From a virus, in the IMG/VR virus record IMGVR_UViG_3300022719_000039, positions 18,935 to 82,934 of that record: 64,000 bases of DNA; one strand, 5' to 3'. Below the pieces are notes generated by a model. The model did not search any database. It saw nothing but the letters and a program-made list of their open reading frames with translations, and was not told the DNA's origin. This document shows positions 32,980-40,811 of the stretch, one piece after another. Position 1 is the stretch's first letter, and each line of letters begins with the position of its first letter. A program made the position numbers and the translations under genes.

Positions 32980-33139
32980 ACTTTAGTTCTACTTTAAGAC
33001 TACTATCCTTTAATATATAGGTCGTTATGTCTACTAAAATATCTGGATTATCTTCTTCGTAGCTAAACACTACCGCTTCTATAAATTCAATACACTCTAG
33101 ATATTCATCTACATCAAGTAAATATTCTATTACTCTCAT
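32942..33139 (-). CDS. Hypothetical acidic protein
   Basis: Overlapping, co-oriented ORF in the operon. Confidence 0.5.
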   Translation of the reverse strand: MRVIEYLLDVDEYLECIEFIEAVVFSYEEDNPDILVDITTYILKDSSLKVELKFDEKNKSKLQRS

Positions 33140-33462
33140 CCTCTTAATCCTGTTGTAAGATATATTTCAGCATAAGCATTATTATCAATAACCATATGCC
33201 ATTTCAATAAGTAATTTACTTTATAATTACCATTCTTATCTTTAACCTTAATAATCTTTTTTAACACAAATAAGTTACCATCATTACTTATACATACTAC
33301 TATTAATTCGTTATCAGAAAACTTATCCTTCTTAATCCAAACACTTCCTTTCTTCCTTCCTTCTCCTTTAACTCTTCTAAACCCAAAGTCCTCTGGTAAC
33401 CAGTCATTAAGTTTATAAGAATCTAATTCCTTTATTGTTCCTAAAGCAGATTCATTTTCCAT
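33136..33462 (-). CDS. Hypothetical protein
   Basis: ORF with ATGA coupling to the next gene. Confidence 0.55.
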   Translation of the reverse strand: MENESALGTIKELDSYKLNDWLPEDFGFRRVKGEGRKKGSVWIKKDKFSDNELIVVCISNDGNLFVLKKIIKVKDKNGNYKVNYLLKWHMVIDNNAYAEIYLTTGLRG

Positions 33463-33488
33463 AATTATCTAATATACACATTATAAGC

Positions 33489-33516
33489 AAAAACCCTACT
33501 CCTTAGTAGGGTTTTT
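33489..33516. terminator. Intrinsic terminator, potentially bidirectional
   Basis: AAAAACCCTACT-CCTT-AGTAGGGTTTTT perfect stem with A and T flanks. Confidence 0.75.
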
Positions 33517-33570
33517 TACTTAAACCTAAAACAACTATAACGATAACCTTAACAAACTTATGTAATCATC

Positions 33571-33774
33571 TTAATACTTCCGTAACTTAGACTTTTCATT
33601 ACTTGTTAAAGAATCATAAAGCTCATCAGGAGATTCCATTCCTCTAGCTTTATCTGCTCTCTTCTTCGATTCTTTAACATCATCTCCAAACACATTTTGA
33701 AATAATTCTGCTGCATACTGTCTGGTAACATCCAAATTTTGCTTGACATTTACAAATAACTCATCTTTTGTCAT
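33571..33774 (-). CDS. Hypothetical protein
   Basis: Co-oriented ORF. Confidence 0.55.
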   Translation of the reverse strand: MTKDELFVNVKQNLDVTRQYAAELFQNVFGDDVKESKKRADKARGMESPDELYDSLTSNEKSKLRKY

Positions 33775-33797
33775 GATATTTTCACCTTTTAATTTTT

Positions 33798-34019
33798 TTA
33801 ATAAAACTTTAATTTCTTCGGTTTATTTTCCTTTAACTTTCTAAAAGTTTTAGTAAAATCAATATATTCATCATCTGGTTTATTTGCTTCATATAATAAT
33901 TTATACCCTGCTAACATTGGCCCTATATGTCCACAACCTGAACATCTTATTCTTTTATTGTTAGCAAGAATTTTAAAATGATGAACTTCTCCACAACTAC
34001 TACAAATCTTTGCCAGCAT
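33798..34019 (-). CDS. Small zinc-ribbon protein
   Basis: CSSC...CSGC. Confidence 0.55.
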   Translation of the reverse strand: MLAKICSSCGEVHHFKILANNKRIRCSGCGHIGPMLAGYKLLYEANKPDDEYIDFTKTFRKLKENKPKKLKFY

Positions 34020-34474
34020 TAGTTTTTAGTTGACGTTAATTTAGCATGTAATTTATTCTTCAATGATATTGACTCAAATACCCCCTTTACATTATATAAG
34101 TTCATTACAGATAATTCTTTTCCCTCTATAAGTATCTGAGGCCCTACAGGTTCTACTCCCATTACTACTCTATCTCCTATATTAATGTTCATATCCTTTG
34201 CTTTTTTACTTATAGCAACTACATAAGGACATATATCCTTAGTACCTAATCCCATGTCCTTGATCTTCTTAGCAATATATTCTGTTAATTGTTTTTCCTT
34301 TCCATCCGGCACAGTTATACCAAGTTCAGCAGATAATATAGAATCAGGAAGTGTTATTAATATAGTACCATCTACTGGTCTAAAACCATACTTCCTTACT
34401 AAATCAATTTCTTTAAAAACTCTTGCTACTTCTTTCTTTACGTCATACTTTTTACTAACTCCGTTACTTTTCAT
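34019..34474 (-). CDS. GroES-like co-chaperonin (divergent)
   Basis: FRPVDGTILI...LGITVP...VVAIS...INIGDRVVM...IEGKELSVM...VKGV follows the cpn10 pattern. Confidence 0.6.
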   Translation of the reverse strand: MKSNGVSKKYDVKKEVARVFKEIDLVRKYGFRPVDGTILITLPDSILSAELGITVPDGKEKQLTEYIAKKIKDMGLGTKDICPYVVAISKKAKDMNINIGDRVVMGVEPVGPQILIEGKELSVMNLYNVKGVFESISLKNKLHAKLTSTKN

Positions 34475-34569
34475 GTTCTAATGAATTTAAATTTATACGT
34501 TAGAGAAAATAGTCCATATTCTCTAAAAATTTTAATAGCTTTCATCTGTTAGTTATCATTCTTAATTTG

Positions 34570-34791
34570 TTAATTATCATCTCTTAATTTGTCAAAAGTT
34601 AACTTTATTTTTTCCATCATAGCATCATTATTCTTTATAAGTCTATCTATTAATGCAAGTTTAGCAGGATGAAACCTATGTTCTCTCCTACTATCTTTTT
34701 TATCTAACAATAACCTCTCTCTGTAATGTATATACATTTTTGACATCTGCTTATGAGGTCTTAGTAATTGTACTAGTTCCATAATGTGCAC
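34570..34791 (-). CDS. Hypothetical protein
   Basis: Co-oriented ORF. Confidence 0.45.
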   Translation of the reverse strand: MHIMELVQLLRPHKQMSKMYIHYRERLLLDKKDSRREHRFHPAKLALIDRLIKNNDAMMEKIKLTFDKLRDDN

Positions 34792-34806
34792 TTCTTTAAT
34801 TATAAA

Positions 34807-35193
34807 TCATACATAAAATCCTATAACTTTTTTAATTTCTTTACAATTAATACATCTAATTGCCTTTCCATCTAAACTAAGCCTTAAAACATTTCTATCC
34901 TTACAAATGTTACATAAAACAGTATCCAACTCTATATCAACTAAATTATTCTTAATAAAAACTGTTGGTTGTCCAAAACCATTATTAGCTCTTATATTAT
35001 ATCCTTTACTGGCATTTGAACCGGGTAATACTTTTATTATATCTCCTGTCTTACCTATTGTATCTTTACCTATCTTTATAGGCCCGTTTACCACCCTTAC
35101 ATATCTATCTTCATTCTGCTCATATCTTTCCCTCAACGTCTTTAAGTAGTGACTAAATACATAGTCATTAAATTTTACTATACCAGACATCAT
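34807..35193 (-). CDS. Hypothetical protein with a C-terminal zinc ribbon; first gene of the leftward block
   Basis: CNIC...CINC. Confidence 0.55.
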   Translation of the reverse strand: MMSGIVKFNDYVFSHYLKTLRERYEQNEDRYVRVVNGPIKIGKDTIGKTGDIIKVLPGSNASKGYNIRANNGFGQPTVFIKNNLVDIELDTVLCNICKDRNVLRLSLDGKAIRCINCKEIKKVIGFYV

Positions 35194-35340
35194 TTAATCC
35201 GCAAAATATAAGAACTTATTTTTAGATTTCAAAGTATAATATGGCGTCAAACATGAAAAATATTAACATTTTTCATAAATTTATAAGTAATTCTTGTTTA
35301 TTCGTGAAAAATAACATAATTTGAAATAAATTAACATATT

Positions 35341-35565
35341 ATGGATACAAACATTAAACATTTTAGTGAAGAAGACTTTAGAATAATGTTAAACAGAATA
35401 ACAAAGAACGGACAAAAGTTTAGAAACTTCTCAGACTTACTAAGTAGTTATAACTTATACATACCTATAATATCATTAGTACATGATGTACTTAACGAAA
35501 AACAACAAACAGAGGAAAATATAGATACAGAATATGAAGAACTTCACAGTAAAAGAATATCTTAG
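35341..35565 (+). CDS. Hypothetical protein; first gene after the strand switch
   Basis: ORF at the start of a tightly packed plus-strand cluster. Confidence 0.55.
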   Translation: MDTNIKHFSEEDFRIMLNRITKNGQKFRNFSDLLSSYNLYIPIISLVHDVLNEKQQTEENIDTEYEELHSKRIS

Positions 35566-35734
35566 AGCTAATCCTGTTACATTAGTATATCAAGCAGTAC
35601 TTATACTTGCTTATATTGCTTTGGCTATAAGCTATAATGTTACCTTCCTCATAATGATTTTAACTTTCCAGACAATATTCTTTATATTTATTATAAAGGA
35701 TTATAAAAAGACTAAAAAGAGAGTTGAAAAATGA
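35534..35734 (+). CDS. Small membrane protein
   Basis: Two hydrophobic segments and a basic C-terminus. Confidence 0.55.
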   Translation: MKNFTVKEYLRANPVTLVYQAVLILAYIALAISYNVTFLIMILTFQTIFFIFIIKDYKKTKKRVEK

Positions 35735-36123
35735 TTTACCTTGTATATATATCAACCTTAATAATATTCATAATAGTTGCAGAAATATTCATGGACATAA
35801 GAGAATTTAATGATCCTGAAGAATTTATAGACCATAAAGGAAAGATACCATTAAGAGGAATAGCTATATTATATGCTAACTTTATTAATCTTTTACTGAT
35901 ATATCCTATAAGTAAACATGATGATATATTAACAGGAGTAGGATGTTTTATATACTCATTAGGTTTATACTGGATATTATTTGATATAGGAATAGCCAAA
36001 GTAGTTCTTAATAAAGAATGGTATTACTTAGGAAATACATCAAAATTAGATAAGATAGGAAAGATTACTAATTTTACATTAAAAGCGGGGTTAATAATAA
36101 TTAGCATAATACTATTGATATGA
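35731..36123 (+). CDS. Membrane protein
   Basis: About four hydrophobic segments and a WYYLGNTSKLDK motif. Confidence 0.6.
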   Translation: MIYLVYISTLIIFIIVAEIFMDIREFNDPEEFIDHKGKIPLRGIAILYANFINLLLIYPISKHDDILTGVGCFIYSLGLYWILFDIGIAKVVLNKEWYYLGNTSKLDKIGKITNFTLKAGLIIISIILLI

Positions 36124-36311
36124 CAGGTACAATTAAAAATATAATAGATACCTATGAAATAGCAGAGCTAGAAACAAACGGTATCTTAACTTTTTATACA
36201 GTATATACTACAAACTTAAAATACTACTATCAATTCTTTAACCATGAAAATAACCTATTGCAAGTACATACATTAAACAGAAATTTGTTCAGAGCAATAC
36301 CACTTAATTAA
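36120..36311 (+). CDS. Hypothetical protein
   Basis: ATGA-coupled ORF. Confidence 0.5.
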   Translation: MTGTIKNIIDTYEIAELETNGILTFYTVYTTNLKYYYQFFNHENNLLQVHTLNRNLFRAIPLN

Positions 36312-36313
36312 TA

Positions 36314-36496
36314 ATGCAAAAACTCATAATAACATACAATAAAAATATAGTTAAAGAAGGTGATAAAAGTTATAGAGGATGGATAAGACAATTACCTCAT
36401 ATAAATACTGTACAAGAAACAGAAAGAAGAACAAAAGAAATTATAAGAACAAAATTATATAAGTATATAAAGAACATAAATTACAGTCAAACCTAG
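36314..36496 (+). CDS. HicB-N-like small protein
   Basis: SYRGWIRQLPHINTVQETERRTKEII resembles the HicB partial RNase H fold. Confidence 0.4.
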   Translation: MQKLIITYNKNIVKEGDKSYRGWIRQLPHINTVQETERRTKEIIRTKLYKYIKNINYSQT

Positions 36497-36871
36497 ATGG
36501 AAGTATTTATAGACCTCAAAGACAGAACAGCAATAATTAAGGATAGAAGAACAGAAAACAACCTTATAGTTAATGATGCTTTTCCTATACCCCAAAACAA
36601 GATAACACCTAGCTTATTATATACTATAGACAGGAAGATACAATCCAAAAGAAATAAAGAAGAAATAGACATTATTGTACAAGTACAAGAAACAATTAAA
36701 ACAACCTATACCAACATAAATTTTACAAAACTCATACCTATAGTATCAAGTAACTTCATTAATACCCAACAACCAATACTTACCCCAATAGATTCTATTA
36801 ACATGCTCAACAAGAGCATAGAAGAGGTGGAAGTTGCAAAAAATAAAGAAAAAGATACTCTAAAATTTTGA
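36497..36871 (+). CDS. Hypothetical protein
   Basis: Abuts the previous stop codon. Confidence 0.55.
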   Translation: MEVFIDLKDRTAIIKDRRTENNLIVNDAFPIPQNKITPSLLYTIDRKIQSKRNKEEIDIIVQVQETIKTTYTNINFTKLIPIVSSNFINTQQPILTPIDSINMLNKSIEEVEVAKNKEKDTLKF

Positions 36872-36897
36872 TTTCTACTTGAAAATAATTATCTTTG
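36867..36897 (+). promoter_or_regulatory. Bacteroidota primary-sigma promoter
   Basis: TTTG (36867-36870), 19-nt gap, TATCTTTG (36890-36897). Confidence 0.65.
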
Positions 36898-37159
36898 ATT
36901 GCACGTCAATCAGGAGGCTGTGCCGTTGCTCTGACATACCTATAAAAACGGTACTCCATATATAAAGTACCGTCTTTCTAAAACATACCCCCCTACTTTA
37001 CTACAGAAAACTCAAAATCCTAGAAGGAGAAAGATGCAGTTGTTTACAATGCGGTTTACAATAAAATAAATACAGTAGTTTGTAGTAAACTTGCAATAAC
37101 ACTTACACCGGTTGCAGCAACATCTTATAACCTTAGTACAGGATGGAAGTAAAAATAAG

Positions 37160-37279
37160 AGTCATTAAGAGCAGGAGGAGAAAGGGGAAAGTATAAAAAT
37201 ATAAGTCATTAAGAACAGGGATATAAAAAATAAGAGTCATTAAGAAGGAGAATACTATTATATATATGAGTCATTAAGA
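37160..37279 (+). repeat. Four direct repeats of AGTCATTAAGA (iteron- or pac-like)
   Basis: Copies start at 37160, 37204, 37235 and 37269. Confidence 0.85.
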
Positions 37280-37311
37280 GCGGGGGGTACCTTAATCGAA
37301 GAACCCCGCAT

Positions 37312-37345
37312 TGAAATTCATGGGGCTTCACCCCCATGAATTTCA
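37312..37345. repeat. Perfect 14-bp inverted repeat
   Basis: TGAAATTCATGGGG-CTTCAC-CCCCATGAATTTCA. Confidence 0.85.
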
Positions 37346-37452
37346 TGCATCCAAAATCAAAGAACCTCTACTAAAAGCCGGGTACATATACGTATCTAGG
37401 TTAAGTAGACTTACCTATAAATAGTCTGCACAACTCTAAACCTTACAAAATC

Positions 37453-37959
37453 ATGAAAAGGTCAGAGTTTCAGAAAAAGTACTCCGTAATTAAGCAGCCC
37501 GGAGTGTATACAATTGCTGTTGCACAAAGTAGTAAACCTTTCCCACTTCTCTATGCTGATGGCGAAGAAGTTATTAGCACAAGAGAAGGAACCGAAGGGT
37601 TACCATTGCACAAACGGATTGTGAATACTTTCATAGTTCGACCTGACGCAGTGGACAAAGTAGTAGACTTCTGGAAAGGACGTGAAGAGGCGTCCGATGC
37701 CGAAGTATACGAAATGCTTCGAGATGATGAGGGAAGCCTACTGATGACAGGGAACATTATCTTCACAGAAGGTAATGATCCGGGGCCACCAATGCGTGGC
37801 CAGAAGATCAAAGTATCCATAGATTGGGTACCCAACCGGTTAGGTGAGGAAATCCTGAACATCGTGGAGACACAGATCATTGAAGCTGGTGGACAAATAG
37901 AATCCTTCAGCTTCGATGACTTCTTCGAAAACGAAGCTAAGACTAAGAAGTCTGCCTAG
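37453..37959 (+). CDS. Stand-alone early protein, 168 aa (possible OB-fold/SSB-like)
   Basis: Visibly higher GC than its neighbours, its own terminator, and an acidic-aromatic C-terminus (FSFDDFFENE). Confidence 0.6.
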   Translation: MKRSEFQKKYSVIKQPGVYTIAVAQSSKPFPLLYADGEEVISTREGTEGLPLHKRIVNTFIVRPDAVDKVVDFWKGREEASDAEVYEMLRDDEGSLLMTGNIIFTEGNDPGPPMRGQKIKVSIDWVPNRLGEEILNIVETQIIEAGGQIESFSFDDFFENEAKTKKSA

Positions 37960-37965
37960 TATAGT

Positions 37966-38000
37966 TGAGCAGGTTGGCATAGCTAACCTGCTCACTTTTT
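37966..38000 (+). terminator. Intrinsic terminator
   Basis: TGAGCAGGTTGGC-ATA-GCTAACCTGCTCA followed by CTTTTT. Confidence 0.85.
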
Positions 38001-38112
38001 AAAACTCCCTACTTAAAACTCCCTACTTAAACTTGTAAGTGAAGTTAACCTGCTTACTCTACTTAAACTTGTAAGTGAAGTAATAGTACAACTCTACTTA
38101 AACTTGTAAGTG
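38001..38112 (+). repeat. Three copies of CTACTTAAACTTGTAAGTG (36/35-nt period), preceded by tandem AAAACTCCCTACTT
   Basis: Copies start at 38023, 38059 and 38094. Confidence 0.85.
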
Positions 38113-38229
38113 GGATATTAACAAACCTAAAAACCAAATTAAAATGAAAAAGTTAGCAAATTACTTAGAGTACGACTATCTATTCCCTTCTAGGACTTCA
38201 CGATTAAGTAAAACTTAAACCAAGTAACC

Positions 38230-38430
38230 ATGACTATTAAGATAGATCAAAGATGTATACTGGAATGTCCAGTATGTAGAGAAAATATAATACCTAGTGA
38301 CAGGGTAGTTATATATAAAGGTGTAGAAACACACCTATGTTGTGCAGCAGAGGAAGAGTATAAAGAAGAGTATAGAATAGAGTACAAAGAGAACAGAAGA
38401 AGATGTAGAAAGGAGTATGCAGATGGTTAG
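38230..38430 (+). CDS. Small zinc-finger protein
   Basis: CPVC...HLCC. Confidence 0.55.
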   Translation: MTIKIDQRCILECPVCRENIIPSDRVVIYKGVETHLCCAAEEEYKEEYRIEYKENRRRCRKEYADG

Positions 38431-38605
38431 GATATACATTGATCAGGAAGGCAAGTTCCTGATACCTAAAGATGCTGTACTTACTATACTTCGGGAAGGA
38501 TATACAAGATATATGTCAGGAACTCGTAGTATAGTTATAGGAGGTAAACAGAAGTTTGTTTATCCTTCAGTGCTGCAAAGAGTTAAAAAGTTAGCAAAAA
38601 GTTAG
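38417..38605 (+). CDS. Hypothetical protein
   Basis: Overlapping, co-oriented ORF. Confidence 0.45.
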   Translation: MQMVRIYIDQEGKFLIPKDAVLTILREGYTRYMSGTRSIVIGGKQKFVYPSVLQRVKKLAKS

Positions 38606-39141
38606 TAAAATATGTTGAAAAATTTGCGGTTTTGCTGATTTTTCGTTACCTTTAAGTACTCATGTACGGGGAGGGTACTGTTTCCGCAGAATCAGTGCCT
38701 TCTCCTTTTTAATTTTATCTAGCCTCAACACGTAAGTGAAGAGTAACACAAGGAACAGCACAGATAACAGATCAAAATCCTAGAAGGGAATAGAAGGTGG
38801 GTAAACGTACTAACAAAAATTGTACAAATGTACTAACAAAGTTCAAAGTCCTAGAAGGAGAAAGAAGTTTGTACAAGTGTACTATAAAAGATAGATGCTG
38901 GAACAAGTGCTAGAACAGATGCTGGAACAGCTAAGACAAAAGCATATATAACAGGTGAAAGTTTGCTACAAAACTCCCTGACACTAAACACATATTGTAC
39001 ACTACACAAAAATTTCACATATTAATAGTATAGTGTTAAGAACATTAAACAAACTTAAACCTAAAAAAAAATAGAACATTAATTGTATAAATAGAAAAGC
39101 ATATATTAATAAGTAAAAATTCTATTTGAAATTATAACAGA

Positions 39142-39606
39142 ATGAAAAAGTTAACAACAGATGAGATAAGAAACTTCTTGTATAACGAGAAGTTATCACA
39201 GCATATAAGATATGCTATAGAAGCATTAGAGGAGTTTGAAAATACTCCCAAGTGTAAAGTTAATATGTACACTTTTCATGCTGGCAGTGGACATGTTTGC
39301 GTAGCTTGTTTAGGTGGCATTGCTGCTATAAAAAGGGCAAATGCTATAGGAGAATTTATACATCATAGGGGTATGTTAGCAGTACATGCTGACGCAGTAG
39401 ACAAGATATTAGCATACGAGCATATGCTAAATGATATCAGAGACGGTAATATACTGGCAGCTTATGAGAGACTCGGAGGGAAGGTAGAAGATATACCTGA
39501 AGAAATTGATAGTTATATTAATGTACCTAACTATCATACCGCTCCAAAAGCTTTCAAACGAACAATGCTTGATCTTGCTGATAAGTTAGAAACTTACAAT
39601 CTATAA
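39142..39606 (+). CDS. Hypothetical protein
   Basis: 154 aa with a CVACLGG motif. Confidence 0.65.
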   Translation: MKKLTTDEIRNFLYNEKLSQHIRYAIEALEEFENTPKCKVNMYTFHAGSGHVCVACLGGIAAIKRANAIGEFIHHRGMLAVHADAVDKILAYEHMLNDIRDGNILAAYERLGGKVEDIPEEIDSYINVPNYHTAPKAFKRTMLDLADKLETYNL

Positions 39607-39619
39607 TTTATAATCTATA

Positions 39620-39949
39620 ATGATGGAAATAATTAATAAAACTCCTCATCCAATCAACATAGTTGATAATGAGGGGAAGATAATAAGAACAATAGAGAAA
39701 GATAAAGTGCCTATCAGACTTGCATCTAAAACAGTACAAGTTGGAAAGATAAATAATATACCTATCTCTGAAACAAAATTCGGTGAACCAACGGGACTAC
39801 CGGAATCTGTTAAAGGTGTATTCTATATTGTATCACAACTAGTAATGAATGCTTTACCTCATAGAACTGACTTTCTTATTCCTGCTGAAGTAGCAAGGGA
39901 TAATGAAGGTAATATAATAGGTTGTAGATCATTGGGGAAATTTTTATAA
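39620..39949 (+). CDS. Conserved phage hypothetical protein
   Basis: IINKTPHPINI...GLP...YIVSQLV...RTD...P...RDNEGNIIGCRSL, a recognisable widespread phage family. Confidence 0.7.
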   Translation: MMEIINKTPHPINIVDNEGKIIRTIEKDKVPIRLASKTVQVGKINNIPISETKFGEPTGLPESVKGVFYIVSQLVMNALPHRTDFLIPAEVARDNEGNIIGCRSLGKFL

Positions 39950-39970
39950 TGTATTAAAAACCATAAGGTT

Positions 39971-40555
39971 ATGATAGATTTTTACGAGAAGATAAAAGAG
40001 TTACTTGTTTTCGAATCAGACGATGATTTCTACTATTTGCAAATATTGCAACGTAAGAAGGAAAACCCACAATTAGGATCGAATAGTAGAGTTATTAAGA
40101 ATTACTACATAGGAAGTGTAGAATATCTTGAAAGTAGGTATGAAGAGATAAAAGGATTGTGTAATCTGTTTAATGCAAGAGCTATGCTTAGACTAAATAA
40201 AAGGTCTTACAGTAAAGTAGCATTTAAAACTATGCAGAACATAGCCAATTCAATGGCTAATGGTGAATACTCTTTCATTAAAAAGTCTTATGACCGAGCT
40301 TGTGGTAATGGGCATAATGATAAGAATAAAACTTGGATAATTGATATTGATGGTAATTTTGATGATGATTATATTTTTGAACTTGTATACTATATTAATG
40401 ACTGCAGGCCAAAAGGCTATAAGTTAGTAACAGAATTATCAACTAAGAATGGATTACATATAATAACAAGACCTTTCGATTTAAGAGGTTTCAAAGATAA
40501 ATATCCTGAAGTTGAAATTCATAAGGATAACCCTATTAACTTATTTATACCGTGA
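39971..40555 (+). CDS. Conserved phage protein with AEP-like (primase-polymerase) motifs
   Basis: WIIDID and STKNGLHII resemble AEP motifs I and II. Also QRKKEN. Confidence 0.55.
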   Translation: MIDFYEKIKELLVFESDDDFYYLQILQRKKENPQLGSNSRVIKNYYIGSVEYLESRYEEIKGLCNLFNARAMLRLNKRSYSKVAFKTMQNIANSMANGEYSFIKKSYDRACGNGHNDKNKTWIIDIDGNFDDDYIFELVYYINDCRPKGYKLVTELSTKNGLHIITRPFDLRGFKDKYPEVEIHKDNPINLFIP

Positions 40556-40811
40556 AGTCGAAATTGTCTGTAATAGCAGATGTCCAAAATCATAGAACCT
40601 CTTCTAAGTTCGGGATACAATACAGGATTAAAGTAAGTTAATTAAATCTACAGATCAATTTAAAAATACATGAAAACCTTGATGCAAAAAAAGCATGGAG
40701 CTATATAGATACTAACCTTGAATCCGGTGATAAAATCGAAACAAAAATCAAAGTAAGATCAAAGATAATTCATACAGATATTTATATACTTAAAAATTAA
40801 AACCTACAGAT

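Noticed and set aside
362-34481. Plus-strand ORFs listed over the structural module (e.g. 2171-2641, 8570-8992, 16966-17403, 20295-20630)
   Set aside because: They are antisense shadows of long minus-strand genes, with S/L/F-rich composition and no recognisable motifs.
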